IMG/VR virus record: IMGVR_UViG_3300027875_000001
Length of the DNA: 58,550 nucleotides
DNA from: a virus
Direction: 5' to 3' (one strand)
Positions 1 through 7,645 of this stretch are shown here, one piece after another. Position numbers and translations under genes: made by a program. The notes under the pieces were generated by a model, which ran no database searches, was not told the DNA's origin, and saw nothing but the letters and a program-made list of their open reading frames with translations. Positions within the stretch are counted from its first letter, which is position 1. Each line of letters begins with the position of its first letter.

Positions 1-127
1 AGCGATACTGAAACCACGACCGCAACCCAACGATCCGCGGGTCCATCACTAGTCCTTGTGAGAACATATCCATCGGACTATTCGCGATGGGTGTCCCATT
101 CAGTAGCACCACACGCCCGCAGAGCCT
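1..127. repeat. Terminal overlap, exact copy of 58424..58550 (closure of a circular or circularly permuted genome)
   Basis: Read directly: agcgatactgaaaccacg...cgcccgcagagcct is present at both window ends, 127 nt with no mismatch. An ORF is in phase across the join. Unique length is 58550-127=58423 bp. Confidence 0.95.
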
Positions 128-616
128 TCGCAATTGAAGGCAGGCTTTGGTCTGTTCGGCTTTGGGATTTTTGATCGCGGAGGATTCATCGAGAATGAGG
201 AGTGTCTTGGATGTACAAAAGAGAAGAAGTTTGTCTAAACGAGATGATGCGCGGATGAACTCAAAATTCGTAATGAGCCAATGAAACGGTTTTCCTTCAC
301 CTGGTTGTTCCCAACCGTGTGTCCGCGCGTGATATTCCTGAATGACTGCGTGAATATCAGGAAAGAGATGCTTCTTGAGTTCACCAAGTTCTGGATCGAA
401 CCACACGCCACGAACAGAGGCCGGAGCAATAACGATGACGTTCTCAATGATACCGTGGAGAAAGAGGATCTGTGCGGCGACGATGGCTTGAAGAGATTTT
501 CCAGCGCCCATCTCGTCAGCAAGAAAGAACACTGGGTGTTCAACAAGTGATTTAATGCCAGTCACTTGGTGAACAAACGGTTTTACACGACATTGTGACA
601 GATCAATCTCTATCAT
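1..616 (-). CDS. SNF2-family helicase, N-terminal part (continues across the junction into 58423..57471)
   Basis: This frame is absent from the ORF track because it runs off base 1. The ATG at 616-614 overlaps the stop of 613..930 (ATGA). My translation: MIEIDLSQCRVKPFVHQVTGIKSLVEHPVFFLADEMGAGKSLQAI (motif I), TLLILDESSAIKN (motif II), VVLLNGTPIANSPMDMF (motif III). Base 1 and base 58424 are both codon position 1. Joined length is 616+953=1569 nt (522 aa). Confidence 0.9.
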   Translation of the reverse strand, partial: MIEIDLSQCRVKPFVHQVTGIKSLVEHPVFFLADEMGAGKSLQAIVAAQILFLHGIIENVIVIAPASVRGVWFDPELGELKKHLFPDIHAVIQEYHARTHGWEQPGEGKPFHWLITNFEFIRASSRLDKLLLFCTSKTLLILDESSAIKNPKAEQTKACLQLRRLCGRVVLLNGTPIANSPMDMFSQGLVMDPRIVGLRSWFQYR

Positions 617-930
617 GACTGATCTGTGCGATGGCCTTCAGCCTTAGCGATAGCAGCTTCGAGAGCGTGCTTCATGCATGTGCAGTCCTCTTCGCACTGG
701 CCGAGGATGTCGTGTAGATAGTCGAGCGCATTCGTGAGAGCGATATACAAATCAGGAGCTGCCGCGATCAGTGCGGCATTCGCATCGAGTTCAGCAGGTA
801 GATTCATTCTCGCGTCTCCGTGAGCCGTGGCGATAAGAGACTGCTGCTGTCCTGCGAAAACCCCTCGACTGTACTTCGTCGCTGTTTCAACCGTCCACGG
901 TCCAATGGTGAACAGCACGGTCCTAATCAT
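613..930 (-). CDS. Hypothetical protein (105 aa)
   Basis: ORF-track entry. Its start overlaps the stop of 923..1483 and its stop overlaps the SNF2 start. It contains NAALIAAAPDLYIALTNAL, a segment I have seen in many small phage proteins of unknown function. Confidence 0.6.
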   Translation of the reverse strand: MIRTVLFTIGPWTVETATKYSRGVFAGQQQSLIATAHGDARMNLPAELDANAALIAAAPDLYIALTNALDYLHDILGQCEEDCTCMKHALEAAIAKAEGHRTDQS

Positions 931-1483
931 ATAATTTCCGAAATTCTGCTAAAAAGATCTCTTCTGCTTCTTGCCACGACCACCACGTTTTCGGACCAAT
1001 TCGCTTTCGTTCTCGTGCAGAGAGTTCATGATAGTAGTGCGAAGGCAGTGACAGCAGCCAGTTCTCCCACGCGAACCGACCAAATCCTTGCTCACCTTCG
1101 AAGTACACCATCAACCGATCAGCGTGCTTGACTGAAGCATGGAGTGTCAGTGGGCAATGGAAGTGATGAAAAATCGTGCGCTGAATGTTACATTCAATCG
1201 TCCGATAAGCCTTCAACTCTGGGAGGGCTTTCAGCCATTTCAGCAGATCGCCGAGATACGTTTCGCTGGCATCGTGCAGAAGTCCCTGTAGAGCAAATTT
1301 CTTCTGGCATAACCGCGACACATAGACGGAGTGCTGCGCCACACTCATCGGCCGATGACACTGACCGGCGAATCGATTACAACAGGCGAGGGCGTGCGCA
1401 ATATCTTGAATGTCGATATCCTCTGCGCAAAAGTGCAGGAGATCGATATGTCGTCCAGTGCGCGTGAGGATCAGTGGTTTCAT
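923..1483 (-). CDS. HD-domain phosphohydrolase (YfbR-like 5-prime-deoxynucleotidase type)
   Basis: MSVAQHSVYVSRLC...LQGLLHDASETYLGDL gives the H...HD...E/D metal-binding pattern of HD hydrolases. ATGA-type overlap with 1480..1824. Confidence 0.75.
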   Translation of the reverse strand: MKPLILTRTGRHIDLLHFCAEDIDIQDIAHALACCNRFAGQCHRPMSVAQHSVYVSRLCQKKFALQGLLHDASETYLGDLLKWLKALPELKAYRTIECNIQRTIFHHFHCPLTLHASVKHADRLMVYFEGEQGFGRFAWENWLLSLPSHYYHELSARERKRIGPKTWWSWQEAEEIFLAEFRKLYD

Positions 1484-1824
1484 GTCCCTATCACTATACC
1501 AGCCGTTTCCAACTGGGTCTTGCTCAATAGTGTGCTGCGCGGGAGCCGTGCGATAGCTGCCACCTGATCGGCTGGACCCATTGTCGGATCGAATCCGAAT
1601 CCACGTATTTCGCCAGACGGACTCGGAACATCAAGGTGTTTTAAGTGCAACCGTGCGCCGACGAGGCCGCGACACTGATCCACGACAATAACGCCGATAA
1701 ACTGTTCACCCTTGGGCCGTGTCGTATCCGCGAAGGAAAGCCACCACGTCTGTAGAGGCTGTTCTGATTCCTTCTTCAAAACTTCAACGAGCCGCGCGTC
1801 AAAGAGATCTTGCGTCAATCTCAT
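1480..1824 (-). CDS. Hypothetical protein (114 aa)
   Basis: ORF track. Tightly packed in the leftward operon. No motif recognised. Confidence 0.55.
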   Translation of the reverse strand: MRLTQDLFDARLVEVLKKESEQPLQTWWLSFADTTRPKGEQFIGVIVVDQCRGLVGARLHLKHLDVPSPSGEIRGFGFDPTMGPADQVAAIARLPRSTLLSKTQLETAGIVIGT

Positions 1825-1857
1825 TCCCGCTCCACATCTACAAAAAGATCAGTCATA

Positions 1858-2000
1858 TTGTCACATTCCGCCGTGTGAGTTCAGCAATGATGGCCGCCGA
1901 AATAGAGGGCGTGGGCGATATCTTGAATGTCGAGATCCTCCGCGCGAAAATGCAGGAGATCGATGTGTCGTCCGGTGCGCGTGAGGATCAGCGGTTTCAT
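1858..2000 (-). pseudogene. Chimeric gene relic: 5-prime end of an HD-hydrolase paralog fused out of frame to the 3-prime end of an RHH-gene paralog
   Basis: Bases 1905-2000 match 1388-1483 at 87/96 nt; the frame reads MKPLILTRTGRHIDLLHFRAEDLDIQDIAHAL and then stops after 38 codons. Bases 1861-1904 match 2201-2244 at 38/44 nt. In the shifted frame both encode ISAAIIAELTRRNV, so all 6 differences are synonymous. Confidence 0.8.
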
Positions 2001-2001
2001 A

Positions 2002-2196
2002 TCAGTCTTCATCTTCGGCGCCAGTGTATGTCATCTCGGTCGATACAGGAGTACGATCGCAGCCGTACAAGAACATTTCCACCGCGCGATTGATCAATTC
2101 AGTACGTGTTATACCTAGATCAACAGCTCGATGCGAGGCGGCTTTCAGTAACTTCGGATCAAGCTGAACGCTGATGTGAACTCTCTGCGGTTTCAT
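2002..2196 (-). CDS. Ribbon-helix-helix (CopG/Arc-like) DNA-binding protein
   Basis: RVHISVQLDPKLLKAASHRAVDLGITRTELINRAVEMFL is a typical beta-strand/helix/helix RHH pattern. ATGA overlap with the upstream gene. Confidence 0.7.
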   Translation of the reverse strand: MKPQRVHISVQLDPKLLKAASHRAVDLGITRTELINRAVEMFLYGCDRTPVSTEMTYTGAEDED

Positions 2197-2513
2197 ATCG
2201 TCACATTCCGTCGCGTCAATTCCGCAATAATGGCCGCCGAAATAAACGCCGACATCGAAATCGCTTCCCGCTTCGCTTCATGCCTGAGCGCACGTTTCAC
2301 CGACTGCGCAAGGTGCACCCCAGTAAACACCGTTCGCTGCGATGGCGCTGTGAGCCGATCGGTTTTCTTAATCCCGAGCTGTGCCAAGATCTGCCCAATG
2401 CTGGCTTTGGTCAGCTTGAATTGCTGGGCGAGCACGTCTTGTGTCACGCCTTCCGTGTAGAGTTTCCCGATGGTCAAATTACGCTCGATACGCGCTCTGC
2501 GAGTGGCTTTCAT
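2193..2513 (-). CDS. DNA-binding protein, N-terminal HTH plus C-terminal RHH-like segment
   Basis: LYTEGVTQDVLAQQFKLTKASIGQILAQLGI is HTH-like. FTGVHLAQSVKRALRHEAKREAISMSAFISAAIIAEL is RHH-like. Confidence 0.6.
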   Translation of the reverse strand: MKATRRARIERNLTIGKLYTEGVTQDVLAQQFKLTKASIGQILAQLGIKKTDRLTAPSQRTVFTGVHLAQSVKRALRHEAKREAISMSAFISAAIIAELTRRNVTI

Positions 2514-2889
2514 GGGAGTGCACCGTCTTGATAAAGTCTGTCACTAACTGATGATCGAATCCTGTACACGCGGTATCTGGCTGTAACTCGGTGAGATGCC
2601 GCGGGTGGACAATAAGTGTGCGTTTGTTCCCTTTCAGTTCGTAATAGAGGATGTAATACGCGATTCCTGCGGCGGCTAATCGTTGCATCGTGAGATGTTG
2701 GATGCCGGTACTGCTAAATTTTGGCGTCGCGTGTTTCACTTCCCACCACGAAGTCTTTCCATAGCCGGTACAACTGAGATCGGGAATCCCATTCGTCCGC
2801 ACATCTTCATGCCTGAACACCACAAAGTTGTGGAGTTCTCGCTTGATGGTCGCCATGAGCGCAGATTTGAGGGACGATTCCTGTTTCAT
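2479..2889 (-). CDS. VRR-NUC domain nuclease
   Basis: RTNGIPDLSCTGYGKTSWWEVKHATPKFSSTGIQHLTMQRLAAAGIAYYILY fits the VRR-NUC core (G-x-PD ... E-V-K ... Q ... G). It overlaps neighbours at both ends. Confidence 0.75.
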   Translation of the reverse strand: MKQESSLKSALMATIKRELHNFVVFRHEDVRTNGIPDLSCTGYGKTSWWEVKHATPKFSSTGIQHLTMQRLAAAGIAYYILYYELKGNKRTLIVHPRHLTELQPDTACTGFDHQLVTDFIKTVHSHESHSQSAYRA

Positions 2890-4835
2890 GTGGTATCAGC
2901 CCAGTTCGGTCCAATCGTCGTGGTCCATGTGAGCGGCACGCGCAACGGGACACTCTGCCGATTCAATAGTTCATGCACCAGATTTGCGTGTTCTCGATCG
3001 GGAATATCACCAACCACCTCGTCATGGTTCGTAATGCGCAGCACCAATCCCGTTTGATGTCTCGCTTCATGCAATTCAACCAACTTTTGTTTCATCACAT
3101 CAGCTTCGGTACCTTGGTCAATACTATTGAAGGCTTTGTGAAGGCGCTCGCCAGTCGGAAAGCGCATCCGGCGACCAAGCAGGGTGCGGACATATCCTTT
3201 ATGTTCAAAGGTACGATGAAGCAGATCACCATGGTGACACCGGTCGTCACAGGTTGGTTTCGCGAGATGGGCCGCACGTGCCAGCAAAAGCGGCACTTCT
3301 GGGATCTCCCGATCATAGATGCGCTTCACTTCACGTGTTTGGGCGAGTTTCGGATGATTGTAGTAATTCTTCGTCTGGCGAATCTGTTGAAACTCAGCCG
3401 CCGTAATATGGCCGAGCATAAGAGCCATTTTCGCGAGTCCTGCACCGAATAGGATCGCGAAGTTCAGATTTTTCTGCGCGCCATACGTTAACGTCACATG
3501 CGGTTTCAAGCGGTCCTGCATGAACGTATGAAAACTTAATGAAGGATCGTGTTGATAGGCCTCAACCACCTGTGGATTATTCACATAATGCGCAAAGATC
3601 CGATATTGCGCCTGATCCATATCACTTGTGAATAGGAATCCACTCTTCGGAATATGGAGTGTGCGCACAAGAAAGATCTCGTCGTCGTGAGATGCGTCGT
3701 ATTCATCGTACCCAAACGACGCCCGTTGTTTCGTCGCTTTCATCCGTTGCTGAATATTGCATCCCACACCTAGCACGATCGCCGTCGAAGAGAACCTGCC
3801 TGTCACCGTCCCAGCTTCGCCCATATCGTCTCTGGTCGCGCGTAATTGATGCAGAGCATAGCGGAGCATACTGTCTGATCCCATCGCGTCGCGTGTAGCG
3901 ATCAAGAATTTACTGCGGAGACTCGCCAGTTTTCCTGCACGTCGCATGAGCTGAATCGTGGGATGATCGATATGCTGCAGCACGGTATCGGTAAAACTCG
4001 CACGGCCTGTCGAGGTTTGTTCAAGAGGGATATTTAATTGGCGGAAGACGCGCTCCTGATCAATGGGTGAATCGGGATTGACAGAGAATCCTACTTCGTG
4101 AGCAATCTGTAAGAGATATGTTTCAAGTTGCTTTTGTGACTCCTGAATCATTCTCTCAAGCAGTTCCACGTCAATGGGTGATCCATTTTTCTCCATCTCG
4201 CACACAACATAAATGACTTTGTCTTCGAGAGTTCTCACTCGTTGAAGATCTTGGGCATCCAAAAGCGGCCACATCACACGCTTGAGGCAGTTCACGGCCG
4301 TGACGTTGTATTGAGCACGTGGCGCCGCCTCGCTTGCATGGTAATCTGCCATGCGCGATTCATCGAGTCGCGGAATGGGCGTTTCGTGAAAATAGTCTTC
4401 GATGAGTGCATCAAGACTGAGATGTTGACGGTGATCGTCGAGAAGTGCCGCGTAATGACTCACATCGGACACCTCGTTGCCTTGCGCTTCGAGATCGATA
4501 CCCCAGACGCGCAGCATATGGACATCAAAGCGGGTGTTGATATTGGTAATCAACTTCCCGCGGAGCTCTCGCTGCGCCCAACGCTTCACCGTCTCTTCAC
4601 TGAGATTGCCACCTCCACGATGCCCCCACGGCAAATAGAAGCTTCGGCCACCAAGCAATCCCAGCGAGAGCGCAATTGGCCGATCATGATCAAACCAGCG
4701 CAACCCTGTCGTTTCACAGTTCAGGGTGATCTCGTGAATGCCATCGAGCGACGGCGGAATATCAGGTTCCCACGTTGAACGTGGAGTTGGCGCGATGTGC
4801 TGGAGCGTATCGTAAAGCGAGGGCTGTAAGTCCAT
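2886..4835 (-). CDS. Family A DNA polymerase with N-terminal 3-5 exonuclease-like domain
   Basis: Motif A FTSDMDQAQYRIFAHY. Motif B GAQKNLNFAILFGAG. Motif C ITNHDEVVGDI. Exo I-like LNCETTGL and Exo II-like NINTRFDVHML near the N-terminus. Confidence 0.9.
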   Translation of the reverse strand: MDLQPSLYDTLQHIAPTPRSTWEPDIPPSLDGIHEITLNCETTGLRWFDHDRPIALSLGLLGGRSFYLPWGHRGGGNLSEETVKRWAQRELRGKLITNINTRFDVHMLRVWGIDLEAQGNEVSDVSHYAALLDDHRQHLSLDALIEDYFHETPIPRLDESRMADYHASEAAPRAQYNVTAVNCLKRVMWPLLDAQDLQRVRTLEDKVIYVVCEMEKNGSPIDVELLERMIQESQKQLETYLLQIAHEVGFSVNPDSPIDQERVFRQLNIPLEQTSTGRASFTDTVLQHIDHPTIQLMRRAGKLASLRSKFLIATRDAMGSDSMLRYALHQLRATRDDMGEAGTVTGRFSSTAIVLGVGCNIQQRMKATKQRASFGYDEYDASHDDEIFLVRTLHIPKSGFLFTSDMDQAQYRIFAHYVNNPQVVEAYQHDPSLSFHTFMQDRLKPHVTLTYGAQKNLNFAILFGAGLAKMALMLGHITAAEFQQIRQTKNYYNHPKLAQTREVKRIYDREIPEVPLLLARAAHLAKPTCDDRCHHGDLLHRTFEHKGYVRTLLGRRMRFPTGERLHKAFNSIDQGTEADVMKQKLVELHEARHQTGLVLRITNHDEVVGDIPDREHANLVHELLNRQSVPLRVPLTWTTTIGPNWADTT

Positions 4836-4902
4836 TGAGACAACTCAGACACACCGAGAGCAAGCGCAAGTCCAGCTTCACGATAACTCAGAGATAAAGA
4901 AA

Positions 4903-4932
4903 AGTAAAGTTTCCTTTTAAAGAGACTGTACG
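4903..4932 (-). promoter_or_regulatory. Candidate leftward promoter upstream of the polymerase gene (shared CTTTACTTT element)
   Basis: Minus strand reads cgTACAgtctctttaaaaggaaacTTTACTtttc. About 35 nt are closely similar to the element at 55796-55823. -10-like TTTACT (4903-4908), weak -35 (4927-4932), 18-nt spacer. Confidence 0.4.
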
Positions 4933-4961
4933 GAGGGGAAAAGACAGTGAAAGAGGGGAGT

Positions 4962-4979
4962 TCCGCCACGCGAGGCGGA
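4962..4979 (-). terminator. Possible intrinsic terminator after gene 5177..5680
   Basis: Minus strand: TCCGCC-tcgcgt-GGCGGA hairpin (6-bp stem) followed by the pyrimidine/T-rich run actcccctctttcactgtctttt. The U-tract is weak. Confidence 0.3.
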
Positions 4980-5176
4980 CATGCACGCACTTCGCTCAAG
5001 ATGCCATTCTCGGCATCGCTCGTGTGTCTGGCGCCTCACTAGCAAGACGAACGAGCGCGGGGAGAGGTACAAGGCGGGAGCGACGATCGTCGTTCCTGGA
5101 GCCGTTCTGCGTGTTGGACACACGACGGCCGGAAGTCTGCAGCCCCTCCGGCCCCCGTGCGGCACACGACGACTGT

Positions 5177-5680
5177 CTAGACGGTCGCCGTTTCTGTGGA
5201 TGTCGTTGCAGCCGCTTCCGCAGCCAATTGCGCAAACCGTCGAGCCCGTGCCATGGCTCGATCAGCCTGCTGCTGCGCCTTTGCCGCCCTCTCTGCCGGC
5301 GTCAATGTCGACAGTGCGGCACGTGCCCCCTTCGCGTGGTGCGTCGCGAATCCCTCCCCTTCGAGGGTTAAGGTGTCTGGCACTGTGTCGAACGCGGATG
5401 GCGGAAACCGGATGTTGCCCCTGATGGTCGGTGTGGTGAAGATGATGGCCTTGGACTTCCTAGTGCGCGTGGAACGAGAGAGCGTGAGTGGCATAGAGAC
5501 TCCTTTCGACAGGGGAGGGGTATGAGGAGACGACGCCACGATGTTGGCGTGTCGGCGGTGCCTGATACTGCTGGCTCGCAGGGATTGGATCGCGGTGGCT
5601 TTTCGACGCAGCGGTGTGCCAAGAGGGATTGCGTGACCTGCCGGCATGATCGGTCCGACGCCAATCGCTTTGTACGCCAT
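5177..5680 (-). CDS. Hypothetical protein, GC-rich, Ala-rich C-terminus (start uncertain)
   Basis: This is the lower part of track ORF 5177..6061. The upstream 127 codons overlap the 5692..6951 gene out of frame, so I start at the first ATG after that gene's stop (5680, MAYKAIG...). An internal MPLTLSRS start is also possible. Confidence 0.4.
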   Translation of the reverse strand: MAYKAIGVGPIMPAGHAIPLGTPLRRKATAIQSLRASSIRHRRHANIVASSPHTPPLSKGVSMPLTLSRSTRTRKSKAIIFTTPTIRGNIRFPPSAFDTVPDTLTLEGEGFATHHAKGARAALSTLTPAERAAKAQQQADRAMARARRFAQLAAEAAATTSTETATV

Positions 5681-5691
5681 GCCCGAGCACT

Positions 5692-6951
5692 CTACTTCAA
5701 TTTCGCCTTCCAAGTAAATCGCTCCGCTGGCAGAAGGGTCATTGAGGGAATGGAAACGATCGCTGTTGTCATGCGGACGAAGAGCCATCCAAGCAACAGC
5801 ACTGAAATCTGGACTCGAATCAACAGGGCCGTTGGCACGAGCAGCGCGACAAACAGCCAATACACAGCAGGCCAGAAGATTCGCGCGAGGTCCTCCTGCC
5901 GTTCCTGCATAATCCACCCACCAAGCCAGACGATCGGCAATGCCAGAATGGTGGCATCGTACACGGTGAGGTGTGGACTGACGAGGACAGTTGCAATCAC
6001 GACAATGCCTATACGCACCGCAACAGGCACCGCTGATCGCCAGACACGAATCGTTTGCCAAAGGACGAACGCACTCGCAATGAGCCAGATCCCAGTCGAG
6101 AACGGTGTTGGCAGCACATTCGCCACAGCACGCAGAGAGTGAAGTTGATACGGCTTCGGTTCAAGCAGGTGTGAGAGATCAGGTAGTCGCATCAGAGTCT
6201 CAATGTATGCTGGCCAGACAGATGATCCTAGAACAATGGTGGCAGCAATACTCTGCACAGCAACCGACGTGAGCGCACCTATCAAGATGGGCCATTCACT
6301 GCATGCGAGGATCACAACAGCAATCGCTAACGTCAAAGGTGGTTTGATCGCCAATAACCCTAGCGCAAGTCCGGCGACAAACGGACGACTACGCTCCAAG
6401 GCCATCCAACCGAGCCAGAATGCCGCGAGTGGCCACACAGTCGTCTGACCGTGCAGGATAAGATTCCAGAAGGGTGGAAACCCAGCGGCTGCTGCAATGA
6501 CGAAGATACGATCAGGAATCGCGTCGGCAACTGATAGCCAAGCAGTCCAGATTACGAGCACGTAGACGACTGTCGAAACAAGCGCCCATACCAGCGCTGC
6601 TGTGCAATAGGGCAATCGCGCAAATGGCGCGAAGAGTAGCGCCGTTTGGGGGGGATACACCGGAATGAAGCCAACAAACGCCGAGTCTGGTACCAACTCG
6701 ACTTGTCGATTATGCAATGCCTGCGTGTCGTAGAGTAGTGCAGTGTCATGCGATAATCCGACATGCCCGAGGGTGTAAAAGTGGACGAAATCTGCGCCCT
6801 TTAAATGACCCAGCATGTCGCGGTCACCGGATCGCCAGAGGACAAGCACGACGGCTGCGATCCATAAGATGCTAGCGAGCATGATCGCATGACCACGACC
6901 CTCGCGATAGTGCATCACCAGCATCGTGGCATGCCGTTCGAGATATGTCAT
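5692..6951 (-). CDS. Polytopic membrane glycosyltransferase, GT-C fold, DUF2029/GT87-like
   Basis: 419 aa with at least 9 hydrophobic spans. The first loop carries GADFVHFYTLGHVGLSHDTALLYD, which resembles the D-F-x2-(F/Y)-Y...G...LY signature I remember for polyprenyl-phosphate-mannose-dependent GT87/DUF2029 enzymes. Confidence 0.55.
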   Translation of the reverse strand: MTYLERHATMLVMHYREGRGHAIMLASILWIAAVVLVLWRSGDRDMLGHLKGADFVHFYTLGHVGLSHDTALLYDTQALHNRQVELVPDSAFVGFIPVYPPQTALLFAPFARLPYCTAALVWALVSTVVYVLVIWTAWLSVADAIPDRIFVIAAAAGFPPFWNLILHGQTTVWPLAAFWLGWMALERSRPFVAGLALGLLAIKPPLTLAIAVVILACSEWPILIGALTSVAVQSIAATIVLGSSVWPAYIETLMRLPDLSHLLEPKPYQLHSLRAVANVLPTPFSTGIWLIASAFVLWQTIRVWRSAVPVAVRIGIVVIATVLVSPHLTVYDATILALPIVWLGGWIMQERQEDLARIFWPAVYWLFVALLVPTALLIRVQISVLLLGWLFVRMTTAIVSIPSMTLLPAERFTWKAKLK

Positions 6952-7066
6952 AGTGTTAACGGCACTGTGAGCATAAAGTGTGTCACAGCGCGATGTGCGA
7001 CGAATGCAAGTGTGAGCACGATACTCAGCACCAGCACAACTTGCAGATGCACGAGTTTCACGTATG

Positions 7067-7333
7067 TCACTGCGTCGGACCGATCCATGTCAACAGGTCC
7101 GATTTTCGTGAAACATAGCGAGTGTGCACTAGTACAGCAATTGCCGCATCGAATTCGGCAAGCGAGATGCCAGCTGGCATCGCAGACATTGCATAGAGAT
7201 GTCCAGCAGGAACACCGCCGAGCGAATTGGTTTTTGAGATGGTAGCAATCGCTTCAGCAAAGAGCATCGCAAGCGTGAGCGTACGGCGTGGAGAGGGATC
7301 GTCGCTGTTCCGGATGACGTTGTTGAGTGCCAT
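7067..7333 (-). CDS. Hypothetical protein (88 aa), first gene of the leftward arm
   Basis: ORF track. It lies directly downstream of a candidate promoter, and its 5-prime UTR holds one copy of the TGGTACGCTC motif. Possibly DNA-binding, but no firm motif. Confidence 0.55.
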   Translation of the reverse strand: MALNNVIRNSDDPSPRRTLTLAMLFAEAIATISKTNSLGGVPAGHLYAMSAMPAGISLAEFDAAIAVLVHTRYVSRKSDLLTWIGPTQ

Positions 7334-7362
7334 GCTGAGAGCGTACCATCGCTTAAAACAAA

Positions 7363-7392
7363 AGTAAAGCGTTATTTTCTGGCATCTGCAAA
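7363..7392 (-). promoter_or_regulatory. Candidate leftward promoter (shared CTTTACTTT element)
   Basis: Minus strand: TTTGCA-18 nt-TTTACT, then tggtacgctc (7348-7339), then the ATG at 7333. Confidence 0.4.
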
Positions 7393-7433
7393 ATATCCGC
7401 TAAGTTCTCTTAAATCAACAACTTAGCCGACTC

Positions 7434-7462
7434 TTGCCTTTCTCGCGCCGGTTCCCTATACT
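7434..7462 (+). promoter_or_regulatory. Candidate sigma70-type rightward promoter for the primase operon
   Basis: TTGCCT (7434-7439), 17-nt spacer, TATACT (7457-7462). Back-to-back with the leftward candidate about 40 bp away. Confidence 0.45.
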
Positions 7463-7645
7463 CCCTGCCGGCGGGGGCGCCACCGGTCCTGGCCTACTGT
7501 CTTCCGTTTGCTTATCCCAGACGTAAGAGCTCCCGCCGTTTCGTCGCCGCACGGAAGGATAAGCGACCCGTGCCCCAATCGATCCACTCTCGTTCCCGCC
7601 TGTTGCTCGCCTTTTCACTACTTCCGACATCATCGAGGCTCGTCT

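Noticed and set aside
235-550. Track ORFs 235..546 (minus strand) and 281..550 (plus strand).
   Set aside because: The third minus-strand frame over the same bases encodes clear SNF2 motifs I-III and is continuous with the 57471..58535 ORF across the junction. These two ORFs are out-of-frame or antisense shadows.
4721-5165. Small ORFs on both strands in the polymerase-upstream region (4721..4999, 4917..5165, 4981..5424, 5024..5371, 4996..5235).
   Set aside because: They lie in GC-rich sequence and give low-complexity Arg/Pro/Ser translations. They overlap one another, and they cover the candidate promoter and terminator. There is no support for coding.
5681-6061. The upstream 127 codons of track ORF 5177..6061.
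   Set aside because: They overlap the well-supported membrane glycosyltransferase gene (5692..6951) out of frame, and the translation is Cys/Arg-rich nonsense.
7508-7645. The upstream extension of the primase ORF (track start 7508).
   Set aside because: The extension is Pro/Ser/Arg-rich and overlaps the candidate promoter and leader. ATG 7646 has a GAGG Shine-Dalgarno sequence at proper spacing, and the prim-pol domain starts there.
7470-7645. The long leader of the primase gene as a riboswitch or small RNA. An 8-bp inverted repeat gcttatcc/ggataagc is present at 7510-7562.
   Set aside because: There is only one short stem with a 37-nt loop and no recognisable riboswitch core. The evidence is insufficient.
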